The notes beneath the pieces were generated by a model that saw only the letters and a program-made list of their open reading frames with translations, did not search any database and had not been told where the DNA came from. The translations under genes were made by a program, and so were the position numbers. Shown one piece after another: positions 1 to 14,313 of a stretch of 64,000 nt of DNA; position 1 is the stretch's first letter; the number at the start of each line of letters is the position of its first letter. Where the stretch lies: the NCBI RefSeq assembly GCF_006345805.1, contig NC_043004.1, forward strand, positions 19,158,001 to 19,222,000. Reading direction: 5' to 3'. Source of the DNA: Octopus sinensis. Its lineage: Eukaryota.

Positions 1-826
1 TCTCATCCATTAGCCAGTTCTGAAGCATTTGCAGATAAACATCTCCGGTCACATTTCCCTTAAAGAAAAATGGGCCATGAAGAGGCTTCTTGGAGATGGC
101 GCAGAACACATTTATTTTGGTGAGTCCCTCTCATGCTCAACTGTGGCATGGTGATTTTCTTCGCCCCAAATGCAAATATCATACTTATTGACTTTGCCAT
201 TCGTATAGATTGTGGCTTGATCCCTGAAAACAAGACGTTCCTTGAACTGGGCTTCTTCAAGTTCCTCTTGCACGTCAACACAAAATTGTTTGCGCTTTGG
301 CTTGTCACCTGCCGTTATGACCTGAATAAGCTGCGGCTTGCAGGGTTTCATTAGCAAGCATTTCCTTAGGACGCGCCAAACTGTTGTTGCAGGAACCTAC
401 GTTTCCAAAATTGTTTTTCTTATGAATTTCTTGGGGCTTTGCAAGAATTTTTGGCGAACCTACTCGATTGTCTCTTCCGGTATTAGTGGTCGTCTAGAAC
501 CTTTTGCTCAGCACAGACAGCCTTCCACTTGGAATTTTTTGTGCCATGTCCAAATCTGCATTGCTTTTGGTGTCTTTTTAGAGAGAACTCTCTCACAAAT
601 GCATGCTGCACAGTCTTGTTCGACTGTGTTCGAGCATACTCCAACACACAAAACATCTTTTCTCTTCCAGTGGATGCCATTTCTATACCCGAAAAGAGAA
701 ACTTATCAAACATTAAACATATTTTGACCTGTTTCTGCACATGCTGTTAAAATCTGAATTCATTTGACAAAGAACTGGCAAATTTATTAGATTTCGAAAT
801 GATGTCAAGTTTTTTGAAACGCCCTG
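1..826 (-). mobile_element. Tc1/mariner-superfamily (maT/mori-like) DNA transposon, frameshifted, cut by the window edge
   Basis: Minus-strand fragments MASTGREKMFCVLEYARTQSNKTVQHAF and KPCKPQLIQVITAGDKPKRKQFC...VFRDQATIYTNGKVNKYDICIWGEENHHATVEHERDSPK resemble maT transposases. TIR-like end TA|CAGGGCGTTTCAAAAAA on the minus strand, with the TA at 827-828. Confidence 0.8.
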
Positions 827-3800
827 TATATAATTTATTGAAATCTGCGCATCAAAGGCTTACTGTTACTAACATAAATTCACAGTGTATCAAGTGTATC
901 AGAATTCATGTTTTTTTAAAGACATTTTCATTCCTAAGTGGGATTTAAAAAAATAATTGTCAGGTATGCTTTGTTAAAGTAGCACAAGGAACTTCTGCAG
1001 TAATGATTGCTTTTGTTGCTATAGATCATCTTACTCCTTATCACTATATGACAATTATATAGCACATTATTGAACATTAATTCCAAGGAGATAAGGATGG
1101 TAAAAATTGCTTATAGATATTTAATGACTTTATCTTTTCAGTTGGTACTCATAAAAAGATGAGAGATAAGTGGCTAGAACATGATTTAAAGAAATCAGAA
1201 ATTGAAACTGAAAATGATAATCAAAAACAAACGGCGGGTGCAATATCGTCAGAAATTATTGTCAGCTCTTCTTTAATATCTCAACGTCGTATTATTGCAC
1301 TGATTGGTCCAATCTAGGTCTCCTATACTCCCGTAGACGTACGATAAAAGGCATTCCAGCTGTAACCATCCAATCTTTAAGGTGTGTCTTGTAAACGTTT
1401 TGTAATGTGTCGTTCCCTTATTACGAGTTTAGAATGTGACAAGATGTGTTACGTCTGGAAGATCTAGCATTATATTCTCTAAGAATAATTAATGGAAATA
1501 ATTATATTTGTTAAAACTTTGAAGCAGCATTAATCGACTATATTTGGTGGTTAAAATGCCATTTGATTTAAAATCGTATTGAAAAGTAAACCACTGCATC
1601 AGAGTGCAGTCTTCATAGGAGTGCAAAGCAAAAAAGAACACAAAAAAGAACATATGCTTATATATTTTAGTTCAGTATTTCCTTGTAGTAGTAGTAGTAG
1701 TAGTTTCATATAGAGAAGGATTATGGCTCGATTCCAGCGAATCAGCATGATTGTTAGGGACATTGAATAGATTTGAATAGATATCTTCGTTGTACTTAAA
1801 CTTACTGAAGAGATAAGATTTTCCTTTTTTTAACTAAGTATCTTGTTTTATTATTATTTTTTAATAACAGCAATTTGATAACGGAATTACACAAACAGTC
1901 ATACTTTAATGAAATAAATCCGTTTTAACCTGCCAGTTAGTGTTTTGAAATGGTTCTTGAATACTTCTGGTTATTGACAGCGGTGTAGGATAGCATGTGA
2001 TTAAGCTCCCCTGCCGTCTGGTCCCTCTTTACTTAAAATGATGTTCTTAGTAAATCATTGTTGTATCTCCTCCCAAAACAATTTTATGAGGAATCTATTA
2101 TCTTTGTTCTTTTTATTGACTTCGATATATAATGTACCAGGTAAGTACTGGTGTCACTTCTTTCATCTGTCTTTCCCTCTGTCTTTTTCTCTCTCTGTTT
2201 CTCACACTATATCTCCTTCACTATTTCTCTCCCCACTCTCTCTCGTAATCGGCTGTGATTTCAGGAGTTGGAGAAGTATCGAAGAAGTACACTAATAGTT
2301 CCTTTTTCTCTAGAAGTAGCAAACTGATGAAGAAGGATTTTCTTGCAAGAAGATTGAAATGTTTGGGATTTGATTGATGTCTACCACAGCAATAACCGGA
2401 AACATATATTATATATACTATGAATTTCACTGATACGTTCCCTGTCAGTAAAGAATTTCAGTGTTTGAATTAGTGGATTCAATGCTCTAGTCTGCATTAT
2501 CTAAAAAAGAAGAGGAACTCAGTCACTGCTTTAAATTGCAGATTTAGTTACTTCATTTCTCCAATGACTTGAGTTGAAAAGTATAAATTTTAATGATTCT
2601 CTTCTCTAACAGAGCTTTGATTGTAAAAAATATATTATTTAATACATATTTTCAGAGCAAAGAGTAAAGAAAGTTACAATCTACGTGTATGTGCGTTGAA
2701 GCCAACACGCTTTGGAAAGAAAAAAGATTCTTCTCTTTAGAACACAAAGACACTCATAAAAGCTAACTTAGCATATATTTATGGTTAATTATTAAATGGT
2801 AATTATTGGTGTTAATGAAGGAAAGTTAAGTTAAAGGAATATGTTAAAAATTTACATATTATATATTATATAAGAAATTTAGTTTGATCATATTTCTTAT
2901 ATTATAAAATATACAGTGAATATACTAGTATAGTTTTAGATAAGTTGAGTACGAATTTGATAGAGATATATTTAAAATAAAATGATATAGTGAATTTATC
3001 TCTACAAATATCTTTCTATATATATATCCTTTATTTGTGCCATCCATATAGCTGCGACTTAGAAGATCTATTTGTTACAGAGGATCAAATACCCAAATTC
3101 GCTTCGATAATATCTCGATGCCGAAAATTATCATTGTCTAAATTTCACATATATTTTATAGAAGAAAATGTGTAATTTATTTTTATAAACTAGCAAAAAC
3201 ATACTATGACCATCACTGCGTCTAATACAACTTTTATAATTACAACAGTACACGTCTATTATTGCGGTTCCAACAAACTATAAAATAGGTATAATAGAGT
3301 CGATTCTTAAACCTCATGTGGATAGTAATCTGGAGAAGATTCAGCTTCTATACGTTTTAAATGGCCACGATATGGGGTTTGTTTTAAAGGTGCTCCTGCA
3401 ATTCTGTCTTTAATTCTGTCTGAATTTAAAGGAATAAAAAAAAAAAACTGTTAGAAGGCAAGTTTGTATATGTTTCAGCCTCTTCGGTAATTATGGTTTC
3501 TTACTTTGAGAAGGCGTATAGCTGACTGACTTAATCCACCCGTTTATCTTATCAATTCTATAAAGAGATTCGGGCTAAATCGGTATTATGTAATTGAATT
3601 TAAACGTATGACAAGTCTAAATAAATATTTTATTCTCTTGACTTGTTACAAGAAGGCTTTTAGCTGATTGAACTTATTCTCCCTTTTCTATCAATATCGT
3701 AAAGAGATGTATGCTAAAGATGATTATATGTAATTGAATTCGGAGCGTATAACTATAAGAATAAATTGTTTTATTCTTCGAAGGACGTTACACGATGGTC

Positions 3801-5097
3801 ACTTCATTCTTTTATACCAAACTTGTTACTTATATATAAATTTTCAAAAAGAGCGTCTCAGTGCGGTTGCATGATCTTGTAGAAATAGCAGCCAAATCCT
3901 CTCCGCTCACGCTCTTGGAATTAAAAGGTACATTAGATAACGTAATATGTAATAAATTATGTGACATGTATACAAGAATTTCTGTCAATATAAGTCTGCT
4001 ACAACATGGCTGATCTAGAGCTACATAGAAGAATAACAACAGCATAGTATCCGAGCAAAGGAGGGCGCCTCTATACATGCAGACGAACCTCTAAAAAAGC
4101 AACCAAATCGCCCTGAAGCTACAATATAAAGTCTTAAAATTGAAGTACACATTGAATAATGAACCTGAAAAATATTTTCCACAGCAGGAACCTCTTTTTC
4201 TCATTGGTCAGGCTTATCTGCATTAACCGATATCAATAACAACAATATTATTTGTTTTAGTGAAGACCCAACTAAGTTCACAATTTCCGATCATCCCCCA
4301 GTTTTCACAAACCATTCCATACTGTAAGTTTGGAGTAGTATGTGCATGCAAAACTAGAGGCTATCGGAGGAGGCTGTTTGTAGCTTAATGACTTCACAAG
4401 TATAATAGTTACGTAGAAGTAAGAAATATACAGATTTATAGGTTTATTTCTAATGCACAATCCCCAATTTAATAAAATATTGTTCTATTTGACTAGGTAT
4501 AAATGCTCTAAGCGTTTAGTTGAAAAGAAATGAGGGGCTGTGACATGTCCTTTGAAGGATAATGAATAAAACTGATAGTCTAAAGTGTATGGCAAACAAA
4601 GTTCACCAGGGGATTCTTTCACTCTGCAGTACACATGTAACAGGTATAAGTGTTTCGAAAATGGATACTCTATCGTACAAATCTTGTCAGATTAATTCAG
4701 TGGTTGCTCTTAGTAACAACATTCCTTAAGAGGTGTTGCTAAGTTCTTTGAAATTTTCTATGTTGTGTCGTATTTCATATAGAATAGACTGCAACCTTAG
4801 AAAAATAACAGTTTCTTTAAACTAACATGACATGATCAGAGAGTTATTTCAATTTTGTGTATGTGAAATCGAGATTGTATTTTTATCTCAACTACCTAAT
4901 ATTTCTGGACCATGGGATGAAATCAATTCACATTTTTCAGTAGTGTGCACTAGTGAGTAGAAGAGTCAAATAAGAAGTGGTTCAAATTCGTTTGAAAATC
5001 ACTATTTTACAATCAGTTGGTTATACTCGTTGGTGAATCTGATTATGTAATCCTTACTATAAATAGTAGTTAAATGTTTGTTCTTTATTATTTACAG

Positions 5098-5207
5098 ACA
5101 ATCTTCTGGTGACCAAAGACTGCAGTGTGAATGGAACATGGGAGTTACATCCGATCACTAAAAGACCCTGGACTGACTACACAGTATGTTTTCTAAACAA
5201 GCTAGAG
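5098..5207 (+). CDS. Class B1 GPCR exon: C-terminal half of the hormone-binding ectodomain
   Basis: tttacAG acceptor, GTAAG donor. Phase 1 to phase 0. Encodes xNLLVTKDCSVNGTWELHPITKRPWTDYTVCFLNKLE, matching the calcitonin-receptor-type pattern K-x-C-xxx-G-x-W-xx-HP-xxxx-W-xx-YT-x-C. Confidence 0.9.
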
Positions 5208-5440
5208 GTAAGAAGAACACGTTTACTCCATTTGGAAAAGTAAATATTTCAAAATATCATTTGAACAATCTGAAAGATATAAAACAAAATGACAAGAACT
5301 GTGAGAGAGTGGACAAGACACAATCATACAGTCAAATAGATACAGAAAGAAAATGAAGAAGATTGAGAGATACGTAATGGGATTGAAAGGAAGAGTGAAA
5401 TATAGAGAGGAACTGTGAAGATGAATTGAAGAGAATTAGA

Positions 5441-5483
<43 letters not shown>

Positions 5484-6577
5484 TGTGTTGTAGGAGTAAA
5501 GAACAACGAGTTATCTGTAATGACAGTGAAACAGATGACAGATAAAATATATATTGCAAATTTAGGTATGGCAATTGCATGATGTATTGGACAGCCACCA
5601 CATCTTCGCTGTAGCTGTATTGTTTTTCCTCTGAGCAGGATACGTAATTAATCTATGAGCGATATAGATACAAGATCTATTGCATATGTTACCCAAGATA
5701 GACTAGATTTATGGCTTAGCCACTTAAAGTAACAGAATTCCGAACTAAGCACTGGTTCTATGTGCTCCTGTTGTTCCTACAGACATTTATCATTTTATCA
5801 TTCTAAATCGCATTTTAGAGATGTGTTGGCATTTCTTTAAAGTTGAAAGCCATTTTCAAATGTTGTAAGCAAATAATGTGCACAGAAATCGTACGAAAGT
5901 AAAAGGATTACTTGATACCAGGAAAACAATTGATGTATTCAGTTCATGAATGAGAGGCACAATTAGTGAACCAAAAATAATGTGATTTTTTATTAAAGCA
6001 CAGTGCCTAAGAAAGATAATTGATAAATATGTTTGTTTTATTAAGTACAGGACCAATGGGTTTCTGTGATATTCGTGAAGGCGTTTTTTTTTTATTTTAG
6101 AAAACATCAGTAACGAATGCGACATATCTAAAAATATTAACGATTCTTTAGTCCTATTAAACAGTATTTAATTCAGATGCTGGTCTAATACACGTAAATG
6201 GTCGGGTAACAGTTCATTAGAATACAAGAGATTACAGAATATAGAATAGACTGCAACCTTAGAAAAATAACAGTTTCTTTAAACTAACGTGACATGATCA
6301 GGGAGTTATTTCACTTTTGTGTATGTGAAATTACCTAACTGAATTCACTTATTTCACTCCAGAGTTTCTTACAATAAACAGGTTTTTATGGAAGTATATT
6401 ATATCAGCAAAATACTGGAAATATTACTTATAACAAACGATCTATGTTCTATTAGAAAGGAAATGTGAAGTTGCGACACTTATCCATTTCAAAAATCGTT
6501 TAACAGAATTTAATTCAATGTATATATATAAACACACACACACACACACGCACACTTCCTCTCATATATACATATAT

Positions 6578-6629
<52 letters not shown>

Positions 6630-6929
6630 GAGTATGAGTAAGTATTTCATTTATGTCTTACGTATTTATCGCTGAGGAGGAGAAAATTCTCATGAATTAA
6701 CTCTGAAATTGGGACCAATACGGTAATAACGGAATTTTTTAGAAATTTCTATCGGCTTGTTTCGAGAGGCATAAATTATAATGGTTATTGATAATTTGTC
6801 TATTTTCGGCATATTTGGCATTAGAATTTTTCTTTTGCCCTTATTTTATAAGCTATATATATATATATATAATATATATATATATGATCTATTATCTTTT
6901 GCTAATTTAAAGTAGAGGCGGACGCTCTG

Positions 6930-7250
6930 ATAGGGTACCGCCTTTCAGTGTGATTAACGTTTCTCTGCTGTAATGCTTCTTATGAAGTAGCGAATTGGAC
7001 GGAGTTGTTATGTTTTGTGCCTCCTGCTGTGGTGTGGGTCCATCTGCTATATTAGATAAAAACTTATTTAAAGACTTTCACATCTATAACTCGCACGTTT
7101 TTGACTGCTTGGCAGAGTGTTAAATAGTTGTGGACCTTTGAAACCCAATGTGTTACAGTAGTGGGTCAGTAGTTGAAGAAAACTTTGTTTCTGCTATGTA
7201 GTGCCATCCATTCGGTGATTGGTATAGCTTTTAATTTCAAAATTGAGAAC
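6930..7250 (-). mobile_element. Decayed LINE ORF2 C-terminus/3' end, clade unresolved
   Basis: The minus strand reads LGFKGPQLFNTLP, then after a frameshift VKNVRVIDVKVFK, then FLSNIADGPTPQQE. This resembles the C-terminal tail of CR1/L2-group ORF2 (recognised from memory). Confidence 0.5.
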
Positions 7251-8212
7251 TAGACCTTCCAGGATGTTCTATATATAGATCACTGCATAACTTTCACGCG
7301 CTCTCTCTAGGGAGTAGTGGTTCTGTTCCATCAGTCACCAACAGTACCATTTCTGTTGAACCAAGTCACTCTGAGGATCCGTTGTGGTCGAGTATCTATG
7401 TATCTATATGCGATTGGAACATCTATCGTAGGGCTCCAAACAGCAATAACAGTGAAACAGAATGTGTAGGAACTTTAATATAAATTTAAGTTTATCCTTA
7501 TCATTTGCTGCTTTTGCTTTGTAGCTTATAACGGAAAATAGTCGTCAGTATGTTAGGTGATGAACAACTATACAGAAAACAGGATACGTTATAAAATTCT
7601 ACGTGAATCTGCAATCATAACAGGAGAGGTGCATCTACTTGTACATATAATTTCTGATATGCGTGTGTGTGCATCTTTGTGTGTGTGTGTGTGTCTGTGT
7701 ATGTGTGTGTGTATGTGTGAGTGTGTGCGTGTGCGTGTATGGATGGATGGATGAATAGATTAGAAAGTTATAATGGAGATGTATAATTTTTCATTGTATA
7801 ATTTATGCCTTTCTGATATGGTCCAGCATTTTACGTGAAATTCTTGGAAGCGAACTCAGGATTTAGCAATCGAAGGCGTACAACTGCAATTGTTAATTCT
7901 ACACGATTCCAAATGTTTATCAATATTTAATATGGTTTGCCCAAATCTGAATTTCAATAGAGCTTGTAAGGTATCTGGCTAGATATAAAATTCCTGTTCT
8001 TTTGTCTTTATACCCCTATATATATATACGTAAATGTCGAACCACGAGAATGAGTACTCAACATAGCATTGGTGGATAAAATTTCTTTATTTATGTATTA
8101 AGGCTACCATTGGTTTCAAGTTAAGAAAAATATCTTAATGTCTTAACAATTTTTCGAGCCAATTACATGGAGGGAAAATGTTTGTCTCCGATTTGTGTGA
8201 AAACACTATATA

Positions 8213-8597
8213 TTCTTTTACTCTTTTACTCTTTTACTTGTTTCAGTCATTTGACTGCGGCCATGCTGGAGCACCGCCTTTAATCGAGCAAATCGACCTC
8301 GGGTCTTATTCTTTAGTAAGCCCAGTACTTATTCTATCGGTCTCTTTTGCCGAACCGCTAAGTAACGGGGACGTAAACACACCAGCATCGGTTGTCAAGC
8401 AATGCTAGGGGACAAACACACACGCATATATATATACATATATACGACGGGCTTCTTTCAGTTTCCGTCTACCAAATCCACTCACAAGGCTTTGGTCGGC
8501 CCGAGGCTATATTAGAAGACACTTGCCCAAGGTGCCACGCAGTGGGACTGAACCCGGAACCATGTGGTTGGTTAGCAAGCTGCTTTCCACACAGCCA
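8213..8597 (-). mobile_element. tRNA-derived SINE, family A
   Basis: Minus-strand head with box A (TGGCTGTGTGG) and box B (GGTTCAGTCCC), an internal (TA/TG)n tract and an AAGAGTA repeat tail. Closely similar to copies at 21093 and 41164. Confidence 0.9.
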
Positions 8598-8858
8598 TAT
8601 ATATATATAGATGTTTTTAGGCATTTATGTGACATAAAATTTCATTCTTTGTATTTTGTTAAAATAAATTTTATCGATATACATACAGGTTGTCCATAAA
8701 TTACCTTTACGATATGAAAAATTCAGAAAGAAAAAATGAAAGACAAAGATCACTCATCAGAATTTATTGGAAAACATTGGCAAATAAATACACCTTTGTT
8801 AGAAACATCAGAAAACTTCCACGTGGGCTCCATTTGTTGATGTATCTCAAATTTAAAA

Positions 8859-9690
8859 CGACGGTGGGTTAAAAAGTTCATACACTGACTGTGAAAGAGT
8901 GACGTTGGAGCTGGGAAATCATGCATATACTTTCAACTTTTCTTATTAATAAGTGCATTGTTTCATTCCACGTAAAATGACATCTGACTGTTCAAGGAAG
9001 ACTTCAAAAGTAACAAGTGGTGAAGTCTCTTGAAAATCGACAAAATCTGCATTATGACGTTATTAATTATCTACAGAAAAAAAGGGTTTAGCACCCAATT
9101 ACATTCATACTGACGTGGTTGCTACATTAGGCAATAACACTTCAGCTTTATCAACAGTGCAAAAATGGGCAACTGGATTTTAGCGGGGAAGGGAGTGTCT
9201 TGAATATGACCCAAGTTCTGGACGTCTTGCAACTGTCACCACCGAGTAAAATTTTGATCGTGTTTGTCACATAGCGATGGATGGCAGGTAATTGGCTATA
9301 AGTCGAATAGCCATCGCTATTTAGTATAGCGGGAGAAAGTTGAGAATATTTTTCTGAATGATGCTGGCATGACGAAGTGAAGGTCTCTGTTCAGTGGTTG
9401 CCAAGTCTTCTGAGACTTGATCAGGCTGAATATATCACGGGAACAGCTGACATTGGTTCAGGCAGATCCAGCTGGTTTTCTTGAACGTTTCCTAACCCAG
9501 GATGAATGTTGGGTTCATCAGTTTGAGCCAGAGAAAATAGAGACAATCCCTACTGTGGAAACACCCTTCCTCACCTTCTTCAAAGAAGGCGAATGTCGTT
9601 TCATCTGCAGGGAAGATGATCGTCTCAGTTTTATGGGATGCAAAATGTTTTGTGTTTATTTACTATCTTCAAAAGGGCCACACCATCAAT
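8859..9690 (+). mobile_element. Mariner (Mos1/SETMAR-like) transposon, degenerate and 3'-truncated
   Basis: TIR-like CGACGGTGGGTTAAAAAGTTC. Fragments LSTVQKWATGF*RGRECLEYDPSSGR and ADPAGFLERFLTQDECWVHQFEPE (first catalytic Asp motif), then QKGHTIN. Confidence 0.8.
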
Positions 9691-11550
9691 AGAAAGCGAT
9701 GATAGGTGTAGGTGTGTTAAGGATGTTGTGAGGTGAAATGTGTCGGTTAAAGAGGCGTAGATGGAACGTGAACTGGCCTCGGTGTTTAGGTGGTTTGTAT
9801 TCATGCTAAAATAATTTTTGAAGCATTCTGCATATTTGGGTCAATATAACGCAGCTCCATTCTTAGAAATGATTGGTTTGCATACACTCCAGGGTTGCCA
9901 GAAATCTTCCCAGTATTAATGGGAACCATGCAAAATATCATTACGCTTAGAATACCTGAACAGCATGTGTGCAATTTATTCACATAAATACCACTATCTA
10001 AATGTATTATTAAATCACTTAACAGTAATTAATATTTTTGATAACGATAATACCGAAGTCGATAAAATAAGTACCAGTTGAACACTGAGGTCCATGTAAT
10101 CGATTTCTCCGCTTTTCAAGAAATTGTTGGCCTTGTGCCAAAATTTGAAATCAGTATTGTTGATACCTATAACTACTTCGCTGACGCAACGAAAATATTA
10201 CCTCAGAACTCAAATAAACATAATTAATACATTCATATTTCTTAGTATTGCATATAGAAGAATAAAAATAACGTTGTTTCACAAGACAAAAAGTGTCATG
10301 TTATATTTATATAATTGATATACATATTCGATACATTCAGTTCCATTATATAAAGTACATTGTTTCTTTTAAAAATGCGTTTCGCCATTTACCTGCGCCT
10401 AGCGTCACCAACTATAATGTAGATGGTTTCCAAGTGTTGACTGGATAATATGCACACCAACGTTGATAATACTCTTCGGCATTTATCATTTAATCAGATA
10501 CCAATACATTATTTTTATATTTGAATGTACTTATATACATGACACATTTCAATAACTAACGAGTGAAAATATGTTTCGTTTTCTGAAACTAAACTCAACA
10601 ACTATATGTTATATATTTTCTCTATGACTACTAGTAATATGAAAAGAATATGGAATCAGCATGTGTGTATGTGCATGAGAGTGTATGTAATTGTACACAC
10701 TGGTTACTTATTTTATCTGTAATAAACATGAAAATAGTTTAGAAATGTAATAATGATTTCAGTCGTTCGACAGTTTTTAATGTTCTGGACACACAAATTT
10801 CAAAATGTAGTCGTGATACTTCACTATAATCTTTTAAAGTTGGTTAAATCTGACATGTTTGAATAAGCAGTACAAATAAAATTGAATAGAAACAACGGCT
10901 GGATGTTTGGTGATACTGAACTGAGCTAGGAATCAGCAGGTACAGAAAGAATATCCTTACGTACGAACAAGATGTAGTTAATGATTTTGTGAGTTGCGAT
11001 ATGGTCTAATGTTAAGAGAGGCACAATGCTGGAGTTGAATGCTGTAAAACTAGCAGTGGTGGTACGATGACTACTAAAGTATGTTGATGAAAGTCCAAAT
11101 TAAGATCCTGTCCGTTACTATGGTTTAATTAACCCTGGGGTTAGTATGAAATGTACTGATTTAAAATCATTAGTAATTATTCAATAACAATAATCAGTGT
11201 TACATTTTTAAAAAATTCTATTTTGCTACAACAGTAGAATAGAGTTTGAGTTACACTAACAACAATAAGCCGAGCATAAGTTTCCTTAAGCTATTCGTTC
11301 AAGCCTTTGCAATCACTTTATAGCAGAATTCGGTCGATTCGCAAAGGTTGAAATTAGCCCTGATGATGTTGAATGTGATAAAGCCTTCAAAACTGCCTCT
11401 ACACAAAAGGGATTTCACTATTTGTCAGTGTTATATGCTTTCACATTACATCAGATTGATAAGTAGAAAAGCAAAAGTGTGATGTTTTGTTTAATAATAG
11501 AAACAAAATAATGATTTCTCACACACGTACACACACATACATACACACAC

Positions 11551-11592
<42 letters not shown>

Positions 11593-12129
11593 TATATATA
11601 TTATATATATATATATATATATACATATTATTATAACTATGTGCGTGTGTGAGTGTGTGTGCGTGTGTAAGCAGACAGGGCATTGCGTTGTGTTCTTGAG
11701 CAAAACACTTCAACTTACAATGTTCTGTGATCATTTCCTCATATGACATGTGGCACGTCATTCACCAGTACAGGTAATGGTGATATGATAGAGAGAGCGA
11801 GGTCTCTCTATGTGAACACAAACAATTATAGCAAAGCGGTTATGTGGTTGTTCAGCAAGAAATTGCAGAGACCTCTAAAGTTGTCTTACGACGGGGAATT
11901 CTGTGACAATATCTATGCAGGCATTCACGCATGTATGTATGTATGTATGTATGTATGTATGTATGTATGTATGTATGTATGTATGCAGGTATCAATGTAT
12001 GAATGTATGTGTGTATGCATGTGCAGATTTGCTTGTTTTATATATGCATTCTCATGCATAGAGTTGCAAATCTAGACATGCTCATATTCATTTAAATGAT
12101 AAACTTCAGGAAAGGTTTACAGATTTTTA

Positions 12130-12517
12130 CAGCTCCAGTTATGGATTAGATATGTAGTCTTCCAATTAGCTTTCTCCTTTCTAGTTTTGAGAAGCCTAAT
12201 TTCTCAAGATTGGTATTTAGGAAGTGTGTTGCATATCCCAAAGCCTCAATAATAACAGGTATAAATCTGAACTCGTAATCTGAATAGAGTAACTGCAGAT
12301 TTCTCGATAGTTCATCATAGGTGTTCTCTTTTTCACTAATCTTCAGCTTTATGTTAACATCCACTAGGCAGCTAATTTCCACAGCTGTGAACAGTTTCTC
12401 TTCTCTATCCCAAATCATTATATCAGGTCTGTTGTGCTTACAGTTTATTGAGATCTTCACTGGGAAATTCCACCAGTATTCCTTTTTATTATGAATGGCT
12501 ATGGCTTCTACCATATT
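12130..12517 (-). mobile_element. R4/Dong-group non-LTR retrotransposon, restriction-like endonuclease fragment
   Basis: HNRPDIMIWDREEKLFTAVEISCLVDVNIKLKISEKENTYDEL...FIPVIIEALG is the PD-x-D/E-x-E-x-K RLE signature. Confidence 0.8.
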
Positions 12518-12950
12518 GTATGTATGTATGTATGTATGTATGTATGTATGTATGTATGTATGTATGTATGTATGTATGTATGTATGCATGCATGCATCTA
12601 TGCATGTATGTATGTATGTATGTATGTATGTATGTATGTATGTATGTACGTATGTATGTATGTATGTATGCCTGTATGTATGTATGTGTGTATGTATGTA
12701 TGTATGTATGTATGTATGTATGTATGTATGTATGTATGTATGTATGTATGTATGTATGTATGTATGTATGTATGTATGTATGCATGTATGTATGTATGTA
12801 TGTATGCCTGTATGTATGTATGTGTGTATGTATGTATGTATGTATGTATGTATGTATGTATGTATGTATGTATGTATGCATGTATGTATGTATGTATGTA
12901 TGTATGCATGTATGTATGTATGTATGTATGTATGTATGTATGCATGCATG
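12518..12950. repeat. (TATG)n microsatellite, ~430 bp
   Basis: Seen directly. It generates the HTYI/MYVC pseudo-ORFs. Confidence 0.98.
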
Positions 12951-13107
12951 TTTGTATACCGGCTGACATTTTCAAAGAAAACAAGAGAAAGGCCACATGA
13001 GCTCTCATACCTTATGCTTCCTAGAATGTAAGATGTAAGTGCGGGCGTGTGTAACTGTGTTTGTCGTGTGCGTGCATGTGTGTGTGTGTTTGTGTATGTG
13101 TATGTGT

Positions 13108-13138
<31 letters not shown>

Positions 13139-13442
13139 GATTTATATAGATCAGTTTCGTGCAATTACCTCAGTGTGAGTATATTGCTAAATATACCTGC
13201 AAAGATACATCCTGTTGGAAGGTGGAGTGATCATTATACGGGAGCCCACATCATATTATCTCTCTCTCTCTCTCTCTTTCCCTCTCTCTCTCTCTCTCTC
13301 TCCCATCGCATCTGTCTTTCTGAAAATTGAAATATTGGGTTCACGATTCATTACACCTTTCTTCGCTTTTCGTTTCCACTATAATATTCCCTTCCTCATT
13401 GAGATTAATTACAATATATATGATATGCACACATATATGTAT

Positions 13443-13474
<32 letters not shown>

Positions 13475-13475
13475 G

Positions 13476-13520
<45 letters not shown>

Positions 13521-13551
13521 TATATATACATATATATATACATATATATAT

Positions 13552-13608
<57 letters not shown>

Positions 13609-14085
13609 ATATATGTATGTATGTATATATACACATATAAAAGAAAAACGGTTTATTAAAATGTTAAAACCTGAGAATATCGGTACGTCTGGCAAACCGT
13701 GATGTTTGACATGCATGCGGATTGGTCAAAAATGTATTCTTAAAATTCAGCTTGTTTGAGGCGTTCTGAGAGTTACTAAAGTTGTCAAAAACTCAACTGC
13801 TAGTTAAATTGATGATTATTCAATGTATGAAAGCGCTAATTTAACTTTATGTGCATTACAAAATAATTTTTTTAATGCTAAAATACCATAATAAAAACCG
13901 TGAAAACCACAGCATGTTTTAACTTCATTAAAGTTATTTATGATATATTATTCTATACACATTCAGACAAATTCGAAAGAATATATGTGTGTGTGCGTGT
14001 GTGTGTATGTGTATTTATTCTTATATATATGTCTATACATATATGTATGTACGAATGTATATATGTACTCACACACACACACACC

Positions 14086-14133
<48 letters not shown>

Positions 14134-14221
14134 ATATAATATATAAGCAGTAATGGGTATGTGATATCAGTTGAGTGAGAGAGATAAAAATTAAAACTTG
14201 TATCACTTGTTCGTTTTACAG

Positions 14222-14313
14222 GATGTCAAAACCATTGTCCTTGTGAATATTTTCATGAATGCTGCCTCAATATTGTTCTTGGGACCAGCTATTATTATTT
14301 TCCTAGCTTACAA
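14222..14313 (+). CDS. Class B1 GPCR exon: TM1
   Basis: ttttacAG acceptor, GTAAGT donor. Phase 0 to phase 2. Encodes DVKTIVLVNIFMNAASILFLGPAIIIFLAY(K), in frame with the flanking exons. Confidence 0.88.

Noticed and set aside
2320-2365. CTGATGA...GAAA on the + strand
   Set aside because: No continuous stem II closing at the core and no credible stems I or III. A chance match in AT-rich DNA.
3520-3790. Old ~140-bp tandem duplication
   Set aside because: Heavily diverged, with no coding or structural signal.
4185-4323. Open segments with a GTAAGT donor at 4324 as a possible ectodomain exon
   Set aside because: No WDG/CW motif or matching cysteines. The longer frame ends in the wrong phase.
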